This document shows, piece after piece, positions 1 through 7,397 of a stretch of 7,397 nucleotides of DNA. The notes below the pieces were generated by a model. The model did not search any database. It saw nothing but the letters and a program-made list of their open reading frames with translations, and was not told the DNA's origin. Both the position numbers and the translations under genes were made by a program. The stretch comes from Paraspadella gotoi (Eukaryota > Animalia > Chaetognatha): the NCBI GenBank assembly GCA_051294375.1, contig JBJCIZ010001335.1, forward strand, positions 1-7,397, given 5' to 3'. How positions within the stretch are numbered: position 1 is the stretch's first letter; every line of letters starts with the position of its first letter.

Positions 1-559
1 AAAGAGAGAGATAGCACTTTCCAGGCAGTAATTAACAACGAATGTGGAGGGGAGCTCATAGAGATTGAAACGAGAAACGTCTGGTTCGACTTGAGTCATC
101 GCACGATTCGAGCGACGACCAACGTCCACGTCCGCCATTGCCGCGCTTTGCACCCCGACGACGGCCGCCCCTAAACGCTGCTTGGCCGCCCTGCGCCCCA
201 ACGTTTGATGGTGGAATCGTCATTGCTCCGACGATATGCAAATCGACGCAATTCGACGGTCGCGTGCCTTCGCGCCACGATGTGGTTATCAAAGCTATCA
301 GCGGCGTGCCTACCACAAAAATCAGATAGTTCTCTTCCATCCGATGATAGCATCTGTCGCACGACGCGGCAACATTTTTTAATCTTCAGTTAGAACGAAT
401 CAAAATCGCAACAATATGGTTTTACGTAGACCGCAGTAAGCTTATCAATTACATAAGACAACGTAAAATAAAATTGCATAAAACCTACTCGTACTATTAC
501 GTGTTAGTTTCATCGGGTTTTGATACTTTACTAAGACAGACTATTTCTTGAAAATTTAG

Positions 560-782
560 GGAACAGGTACCTCAGTGACACAAGAAATATTCGTCACAGA
601 GTATACGGGTGTGAAGATAAATGTTCATAATAGGTCAGGTATCAATCAAGGATCACAATATGCAAACTTGTTACGTGCGCCAAAGACACTTGCGCAAAAA
701 CATCGCCGATTCTTCGCTGGATGATCGGTCTTTTGCAGAACAACAAATGCGTCGTCCGTTGCCTTATTCACCTTCGTCTTGA
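560..782 (+). CDS. Putative 3' exons of an unidentified host gene (560-674, 739-782)
   Basis: Acceptor TTTAG at 559, an open frame GTGTSVTQEIFVTEYTGVKINVHNRSGINQGSQYANLL, a 64-nt intron GTGCGC...TCTTTTGCAG (675-738), then QQQMRRPLPYSPSS*. Manual model only. Confidence 0.22.
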
Positions 783-1168
783 TAGTTAATCGATTTGCCA
801 GACCGCGATGCTCCATTCCGGAAGGATTGATAGATGACCATTAGGGGCACGCTGTGACGGGCGCTCCGACGATGCAGGAGCAAAGGAATGGAGGGGGACG
901 GGTAGAGAAGTAGCGGACAAGATCTTTGACAGGGAGAAAGATATCAGGGAAAGAGTAGGAACGGAGAAAAATTTGGAGAGGATCGCTTGGGGAGGAGGCT
1001 CGGTAAGAATGAAAAAGCGTTCACACCATCATCTCACCTCCATTAGGCTGTCTCCAATCGCTTCTCTCTTCTCACACCAACCTCGATTCTCCGATTTTCA
1101 ATCTGCTCTCGTCATTCTCTTTAGTTCTATCCACAAAACATCTCATCATGTTTACTACCCGCCCTTTT

Positions 1169-1866
1169 TCAGATTTGGATGTCATCTTCCTGTACCTCTG
1201 TGAGAATGATCGATGTCGATATTCTGCAAGAAGCGCATCGATCATGTATCGATTGATTTAGCGACAAGAGACTCTTACTCTGTACAGACATTTGAAATGT
1301 GATGTATTTGCCTCACTCCGCCAATCCGGAGGTACAGAGCACCCGTAAACAGCTCCTGTGCAAATAGCCATAAGATAAAATTTCAAGAACGTAAGGTAAG
1401 ATTCGGATAGAGCTTGAAGAAGTGAAAAATATGAATTGGTAACAAAATTGTTTGCTGGATTAAATTTTAGTCGAACTTGTGGTTATTTAATAAAAAACTA
1501 TGGCCAATAATATTGTTTACAACTCTTGCTATCATAAAAAAGACCCGAACCAATCTCATTCAATCGCATGCTCGCTGTTGTTGAACAGCAAAGGCACGAA
1601 AAAAAATGGAAAGAGACATTGACGGCGCAAGCGTAACTTTGGATTTTCTCCGGTCTTTTAATTTTGGTAGAAGAATTTAGGTAGGCGGGTACTGACGGAA
1701 CGAGTATTTCTCGGAGGCTTAAAAAAAACTTTTATTCGTAACACAAGCGCTGAACCACACAGAGTGGAGGACGGAATTTTTTAGTAGAGAAAAAATTCGA
1801 TACCAAAAGTAATATGAACGAGATCGTTGATTGTATCAGTATGGTAACATCGAAGCGAGAAGGAAC
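1169..1866 (-). CDS. Putative 3' exons of an unidentified host gene (1866-1804, 1355-1279, 1223-1169)
   Basis: A 55-nt intron GTAAGA...TTCTTGCAG lies at 1278-1224, with a further acceptor TTTGCACAG at 1356. The exons join in frame as VPSRFDVTILIQSTISFILLL-ELFTGALYLRIGGVRQIHHISNVCTE-ISTSIILTEVQEDDIQI*. This is a manual model; the donor at 1803 (GTATCG) is weak and no homology is confirmed. Confidence 0.3.
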
Positions 1867-2119
1867 CTGAGCGCAGCAAGCTGACAAATAACAATGAACT
1901 TTTAATATGAACTACATTTGTTAGCCAATGATAGGGGAATGTGAGAGAAAGGGAGGGAGATTTGATTAGGCCGGAGATAATATATATTGACATTTTTGGA
2001 GCAATTTAAGAGTTGCTGTTCTCACAGAACAGTAAACTGGACTCATCGTTGGTGAATTATGCATAAGCCAGGACATTGAACCAGTAAGGCGGGCAGAAAA
2101 TTGAACAAACTTTTTATTA

Positions 2120-2738
2120 ACTTCAATTCTCTCATAAAAATTTCTATTTTTTCCTTCCATTATTATCGATTTTCAATGCAGACTTTTTGAATCAGTTATC
2201 ATTGGCTTTTTGGCAAACTCGAAGCTTTATAAATATTATTAAGTACTATAACAAATGAAAAAAGTTTAGTATTGTTAAATTTATTATTTAAGGAACGGAT
2301 TTTAATAAGCTTGAAAATAGTTAATGAAAGTTAGTACTAGTACAATTTATTATTTAGAATTTGTTTGATACAAAGTAAATGGTGTTAAAAAAGAACAAAA
2401 AAAGTCTAAAAAAATCATTACTCATCTGCAACAGTCATGGGGCTGAAAGTGTTTATGGTTTTATTGAAATCAAGTTGGTATAAATATTATCCAATAAAAC
2501 AACGCAAAGTATTAAAATTTGTTTAATAAACCTTATATCTAACTTTAAAGCTCTATCAGAATCTATCAAAAAAATTGAAACGAATTCTAAAAAAAATTTT
2601 TACTTTATATCGTAATAAATAATCTTTGTAAAGCTTCGTGCGCTTATCAATGAACATAATTTATTTAAAGATTATTTTTTATTTCAATATATTCGTAAAC
2701 GTACCTTTACCATGTATATATTTGAGAGAGATTACAAC
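2120..2738. mobile_element. AT-rich foldback/long-TIR MITE-like element, diverged
   Basis: CGAAGCTTTATAAATATTATT (2220-2240) matches the reverse complement of 2618-2638 at 19/21. Weaker similarity continues on the same diagonal (centre about 2430), inward to about 2366/2497 and outward at 2125-2141 versus 2716-2733. No coding capacity; exact ends and TSD not resolved. Confidence 0.55.
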
Positions 2739-2744
2739 TGTTCA

Positions 2745-4864
2745 CGGCCTAATACCAGCTCAATGAGGTTTGGTGGCTGAATATGTTGTGGTTAATTCAT
2801 GCTTCTCTGGATGGAAGATTTGAGCCTTCTTTCACAGACGACGTAACCGCACGCGTTGCAAGCGTGTAGGAACATGCTCGTTAGGTCGATGGATTAAGCG
2901 AAGGGGCTCATGTTATGACTGTTTTGGAGTGCTTTCGTTGGGCTTCGTTTATTAATGCCTTAACGCATTCGATAATCGCATTCCAGATGCATTTGTTGAG
3001 TTAGCAGGAATGGAAGTGGTCCTCGGGGATGCGGTAGAAACAACCGGAGAGGCCATGGGTGTTTTCGATCAGGGGTGTGGACAGAAGGTCCAAGAAATTC
3101 TAGTTCCCTCGGAGGGAATTATAGAAATTGCCGTTAATATTTACAGAAAAGTCCAGCCAAGAAATGAAGGGTGGAATAAGGCTCGCACAATCTACAGATC
3201 TCATATGCATATAGGTATTATTGATTCTAAATTTAAATGTAGCGTGAGATAGCCTTAGTGTATAGATCTGACTATATCGGGTGCATTGATAATGGCATAG
3301 TTATACCTGGTAAAGCCGCGAATTCAGAGATGGGGTTCTAAACTTACTTTGGCAAGAGTGATGATGATTGAAGAATTCCTCGCTGACACAGCTCTTTGAA
3401 CAAGCTGTGTCGCCAAGGGACTGATAGTATTATTTTGCAATTACCGCACCTAGCGAAGAGACTCTGCTTTCCATTTTAGGCTTTAAAGTTCTATTATGGG
3501 ACTCTCTGTCATTTGACCCGGCGGTTGCCTTCGTGGCAAGGTCGTCTTCTAGTTTTTTGAAAAGATTTTGATTTGCTGTTGGATTGAGGACGTTGGGCGA
3601 TTGATCGCGGATCCCGTTTGCAGCTGTCGCGTACAGGCGGAGGACTTCTAATTCGCACTTCGCTACATCACTTCCCATCTAGGTTTGGATTGCCCATGTA
3701 GGCGTCTCTTCCAGAGTTGCGGAGTTGTCTCTTCTTCTAAAGTCTTGGCCTCACACGGGGCAAGTATCTGACCTTCGTTTCGACTATTTCTCGCGGCGCG
3801 GCTAGAGTTGCTGCATACGGCTGTCGCGACCTGCTCGCTTCGTCGGTAGCGGTTCCGATCGGTCGTGATGCGGTCAACTAAACGGAAACTGGTCGCGCCT
3901 GTTTTGGATAGTCGCCTGTCTAGCGGCATCGTACGCGTTGTAGACGGGCACACGATCATGAAATAGACAGAACCATCTCTGGATTCTTGAGGGACTCGGT
4001 GGAGAAGAGTTGCCGGAACGGAATGCGCGTTCACTATGTGTATCCACTCCCATTTGCTATATTACCCTCTGGTATCAAGCGGAGATTTTCATTTCGATAG
4101 GAGCTTGCTAAAGGCCATCTCCAGGATTTTTATACGATCGTCTTTCATAGCGGCGCCTGTAAAGGAACTGATTGTACTTTCCGCTTTGTCTGAATTTTGT
4201 CCAATCGTCTTCAGCCTGGGTCTATGAACCTCTGAGCAAATCTCTTTGCTTTTCTATGCGTCTTTTTGTCTTCGCCGAACTAGATCTATGGGTTCCTTAA
4301 GGCTTAGCAAGGGGCGCGGAAAAGGCTGAGAAATATTCACGTCGCGTATGTTGCACGGTTTGATATTTTATCAATGCACTTGATACCGATGTGATAAACA
4401 GGAGGCGAGAGCATGGAATCGGTTCCTTTCCATCACTATTAATAGGTTTTTTCTAGCGAAAAATAATGATGTTTCTTGGTGGATAAAACGAGAATGAGTG
4501 GTAAAATTAATTTCAATAGTATTTGTTTCTGTTGGATTTTGGCAACGGTGTCTTTGTAGGGGCGACAGAATGAAAGAATTCATGCTTTTGTTTCGCAGGG
4601 GGATTGTCGCGAAGCACGAATGCCTCTCGAATAAAGTATAATCGCATTCTTCAAAGTCGTCCTTGGATGAATTAAAAAGGCTTCGATCAGCAATAGAAGA
4701 CGCGGCGCAGGGTCGAGTTGTGAGGTTCTCTCGCCCCGGCATCTTGGGACAAGGGTCATCCAAACAAACAAGGGGGGAGAAAGGGGTAATTATATGATAA
4801 TATAAACATTTAGGGGGTAAAATATAAAATAATAAAGTGGAAAGTAGGGGACTCTCTTTCGCCA
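2745..4864 (-). mobile_element. Decayed Ty3/Gypsy element internal region (PBS-like site, leader, gag remnant, protease)
   Basis: Minus-strand order: CA-GG-TGGCGAAAGAG (PBS-like, 4864-4854); pyrimidine/AT-rich leader; ATG at 4742 giving MPGRENL...LFNSSKDDFEECDYTLFERHSCFATIP (gag N-terminus-like); LLRG/RPRLK near 4240-4210 (compare FLxGLRP); Arg/Ser-rich fragments at 3663-4034; then the protease. Many stops and frameshifts. Boundaries are approximate. Confidence 0.5.
3100..3450 (-). pseudogene. Decayed retropepsin-like aspartic protease
   Basis: In frame with ORF 3430-3678 and past its TAA, the sequence reads YYQSLGDTACSKSCVSEEFFNHH (compare LxDTGASxSCISExF; DTA at 3411-3403), then FKFRINN...CASLIPPFISWLDF (compare PxILGLDF). 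Motif spacing fits retropepsins. In-frame stops are present. Confidence 0.6.
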
Positions 4865-4869
4865 CCTGG

Positions 4870-5900
4870 GAAGGAGGGAGGAGCACAAAGGAAAACACCT
4901 GGTTGTTGTGCCTTGCAGCTTGCCTATGGACCAGTAAAGGAAGGTGAAGGACTTTTATAGGATGGAGATTGGAATATTGTAGATGATATGACTAAAATTG
5001 GAAGCAACTTGTTTCCAGAGGTTCTTAATGAAGGTCTTTCTAAAGTTTTGGCACAGTCGTCAAGGGTTTGACTAAGGTGTTATAGAGAGGCTTCATCCGA
5101 GAATCGAACTGTAGAGAAAAAGGAAAGATGTCGTCGGGCTGAAGGTGCAGCATTCTGCTTGAGCTAAAATCTGAGGGTTGCGGTCCGCGAGGAAGTTGAT
5201 CAGGAGCACTCTCCTTTTTCTTATTGTACCCGCAGAAGTAAAGGAAGGCTCAATATGGACAATGCTCAAGACACATTACGTTGAAAACGGGGATGCCATG
5301 GCACTTTGGAAGGGTAATTGGGGGTGCGCCTTCAGCACTGCAGGGGCGGACTTGCAGAGCGATTGCGAAGTGCGTGCCACTGAGAGGGACAGCAAGGCAC
5401 AATTTCTCTTTCCGACTACAAAAGGGACGGTCGAATGGGGTTCGGACGGTGATGTTCCTGTGGGCCGCGCAAAATCTGCGTAAGTTCAAATCGGAACCAA
5501 ATCTCACAGATTGCCGTGATACTTGCATCAGGCCGAGGTATGAACCATCAAAGGTTATGAACTGATTCGCAGATGGCGAAACTTGATCAGCACTGATTGT
5601 AAGGGCAGGGACACAGATCTTCAATACGCGTTGCCGGATTAGGCTACAGACGTCCGTTTGGAATATGTTGAAAAGGAGCTGATATCTTCCCAGCATGCCA
5701 AAACCCATGAGAGTGTGGGCCTAGTGAATTGGCAAAGCTGCTGATGGAATTAACATGGCAACCACTTTAGTACCTTCAGATGCATCTGAAGTAGGCGAAA
5801 AGGATGATGAAGCACCAACCTTTGTGGAGTTGAATGGGTAGAGTCCGCCAATAAAGGATCTCTCACTAACACGTGAAGCTGGCACGATGCACCGAGTGAT
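4870..5900 (-). pseudogene. Decayed Ty3/Gypsy pol fragment (aspartic protease lacking its D-T/S-G, plus spacer)
   Basis: The minus frame from 5900 reads ITRCIVPASRVSERSFIGGLYPFNSTKVG...LPIH*AHTLMGFGMLGRYQLLFN and continues as ORF 5250-5708. TRCIVP resembles the residues after DTGA, and LMGFGMLGRY resembles ILG-DFL-xY. Near 4900-4990, SYHLQYSNLHPIKVLHLPLLVHRQAA weakly resembles the pre-RT HxI...PI...PYR segment. It has several stops and frameshifts, and no YxDD was seen. Confidence 0.45.
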
Positions 5901-6356
5901 TAGTGTTCCGATGTTTACTGTTAACGGTTATTAACGGTTAAAAATAATTTAACTTAACCGTTATATAATTCATTTTAACGGTTAAATTCGGTTAATTTTC
6001 AATGTGATTTTTTTCATTTTGGTATGAAATTTAAATTTAAAAGAAACTATTTTTTTATGTTTCTTCTTATTCTCCTCTCTCCCTCTCACAGTATTTTTTA
6101 CCCCTCCTCTCTTCTCCAATTTTTCCACTGCTTTTTCCCTTTGTTTTTCTCATTTTTTTTCTATCTCATCTCTCTCTTATTCTTTCTTCCCTTTATTTAT
6201 CTCCTCCTGTTTCTTTCTTTTTCTTTCTCACTTTTCCCCTTTTTCTTTCCCCTATTATTTTTTTCCTTTTTTTCGCCCTTTGCTTTTAAAACTTTTTCCT
6301 TTTTTTTGCCTTTCATCTGGCAATAATATAATTCAATTTAGCTAAAAATAAATAAT
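5901..6356. mobile_element. One end of a probable non-autonomous DNA transposon (hAT-like terminus with subterminal repeats)
   Basis: Composition changes abruptly at 5901, with terminus TAGTGTTCCG. TTAACGGTTA occurs at 5921-5930, 5931-5940 and 5975-5984, inverted as TAACCGTTA at 5955-5963, and partially as CGGTTAA at 5989-5995. Clustered direct and inverted short subterminal repeats are typical of hAT elements. The partner TIR is not in the window. Confidence 0.5.
6050..6315 (+). repeat. Polypyrimidine (T/C-rich) low-complexity tract
   Basis: About 265 nt of almost only T and C on the + strand, without fixed periodicity. Confidence 0.9.
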
Positions 6357-6564
6357 TGTCGCGATGTGCTTTTTTGGGTCCAGCTACCTCTGGCTGCATT
6401 TTACTTCACCTCACGTGCCCATCGTATGACGTCATCCTGAAAACCCTGTATCAATTTTAACCGGTTGAATCAGTTATGATTATTGATTTTGTATTCACTC
6501 TGTTTTTTCTCTCTCTCGCGATAAATGTATAAACTAAAAAACGGATTCTTTTATTCTCTCGCCA
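6357..6564 (+). mobile_element. Candidate 5' LTR of the plus-strand Gypsy element
   Basis: Begins TGTCGCGA where the AT/pyrimidine-rich tract ends, and ends TCGCCA(TA) directly before the PBS, giving imperfect inverted termini. Contains CACGTG (6412-6417), ATGACGTCAT (6426-6435) and ATAAA/TATAAA motifs (6521-6533). The right end is well supported; the left end is inferred because no second LTR is in the window. Confidence 0.55.
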
Positions 6565-6566
6565 TA

Positions 6567-6579
6567 TGGTAATCCCGAC
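6567..6579 (+). promoter_or_regulatory. Primer-binding site, tRNA-Trp-like
   Basis: TGGTAATCCCGAC matches the tRNA-Trp PBS TGGTGACCCCGAC at 11/13 positions. It starts 2 nt after a CA dinucleotide (6563-6564) and is followed by an A-rich leader and the gag ATG. Confidence 0.65.
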
Positions 6580-6662
6580 AAAAAGAAAATAAAATCGCAA
6601 CCTTAAAAAAAAAAATTTGAAAAAGAATTAAAAAGTGAACTAAACCGTGAAATACAATCCCA

Positions 6663-7397
6663 ATGAGACCAACCTTTATGCGGCGACGTACCCCGACTCC
6701 AACATTAAACAATCTTGAAAACCCTCATCCCAGCGCCTTCCGACCAATCAATCCAGCAACTCTCGGCGCTGTAGAGGGTCACGGCACCACCATGGACGCC
6801 GACATGTTCCAACGACAGCATCAGCAGCTTCAAGCAGAATTTCAGCGCCAACTTCAACAGCAACAACAGCAACATCAACAGGAGTTAGAGCGCATGCGGT
6901 TGACAATGGAAGAAATGCAGACGGCTTTCTCTACAAACAACCCTACTCCCAATCCTGCCACATCCTACTTTTGTTTGCACTCCATCACTTCCACCTTTCA
7001 ACATAGACGATGTTGAATCTTGGATCAGTGCTGTCAGACGCTCATTTGCAATGGTTGGCCTTTCTGACCCTGCTTCACAATTTGCTTTTATCTCTGCTGC
7101 TGTTCCACCACTCCGTCAAAGTGCTATCTCTACTTATGTCAACTCTCGCCCTTTTCCAACTGCGGCTGATGTAGAGGGGTTGTACGCTCGCATTCTGAAA
7201 CAATTTGGCCGATCAAAAAGCCAACGTGCCGCTCAATTTTTACGCGGACTCAAACTTGATGGTCTTCATCCAATGGAGAGAGCTGCATTATTAGAAACAA
7301 CTCTTAGGGACCTCACTATCGATGACCTTGCCAAAGAAGCACTTTTACAATCCCTTCCAGCTAACATTCAAGATTCAGTCATGAGAGAGGATGCAAC
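6663..7397 (+). pseudogene. gag: Ty3/Gypsy LTR-retrotransposon gag (DUF7041-like), split by a +1 frameshift and truncated by the window end
   Basis: ORF 6663-7016 (ATG, Gln-rich coiled-coil) overlaps a +1 frame that is open from 6904 to the window end. That frame reads HPTFVCTPSLPPFNIDDVESWISAVRRSFAMVGLSDPASQFAFISAAVPP...LYARILKQFGRSKSQRAAQFLRGLKLDGLHPMERAALLE...LLQSLPANIQ. This fits the LPPF-x5-W-x7-F ... L-G-x-P ... LQ-LP pattern I recognise from invertebrate Gypsy gag. It lies about 85 nt downstream of a PBS-like motif. Confidence 0.8.

Noticed and set aside
56-393. Four overlapping short ORFs, one with RGG-like repeats
   Set aside because: GC-rich sequence is open in several frames on both strands, with no recognisable domain. 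A small exon cannot be excluded but is unsupported.
600-800. Cys-rich Ly6/three-finger-like reading (GCEDKC...CAKDTC) with a hydrophobic tail
   Set aside because: It needs read-through of two stops and a frame change, and lacks the terminal CN motif.
3104-3118. Inverted repeat TTCCCTC-G-GAGGGAA as a terminator
   Set aside because: It has a 7-bp stem with a 1-nt loop and no U-tract, sits in eukaryotic TE debris, and is compatible with chance.
3740-3765. Possible gag zinc knuckle (CPV*GQ on the minus strand)
   Set aside because: The His and final Cys of CX2CX4HX4C are absent.
5178-5565. Plus-strand ORFs 5178-5483 and 5281-5565 (likewise 3010-3252 and 4036-4227)
   Set aside because: They are antisense to the decayed retroelement coding strands and show no recognisable motifs.
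5921-5995. Direct repeats as a CRISPR array or replication iterons
   Set aside because: Units are only 10 bp, irregularly spaced and in both orientations, with no cas or rep genes and a eukaryotic context.
6024-6326. 100-aa Phe/Leu/Ser-rich ORF resembling a membrane protein
   Set aside because: It is the translation of the polypyrimidine tract, which lacks stops because of its composition.

Overview
This is eukaryotic DNA (probably invertebrate), not prokaryotic, and no operon, RNA gene or CRISPR array is visible. About 70% of the window (roughly 2120-7397) reads as a transposon nest. It holds an old AT-rich foldback element with long diverged inverted arms (about 2120-2738), a decayed minus-strand Ty3/Gypsy gag-protease (about 2745-4864), and a second decayed minus-strand protease/pol fragment (about 4870-5900). 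That second fragment is cut at its catalytic motif by a probable DNA-transposon end with TTAACGGTTA subterminal repeats (5901-6356). A better-preserved plus-strand Ty3/Gypsy element follows, with a candidate LTR (6357-6564), a tRNA-Trp-like PBS (6567-6579) and a gag split by one +1 frameshift that runs off the window. The first 1.9 kb may hold the last exons of two convergent host genes with short GT-AG introns (low confidence). Most ORFs in the supplied track are antisense or low-complexity artefacts. All family assignments come from manual motif recognition; no searches were run. I see no convincing evidence of a new biological system.
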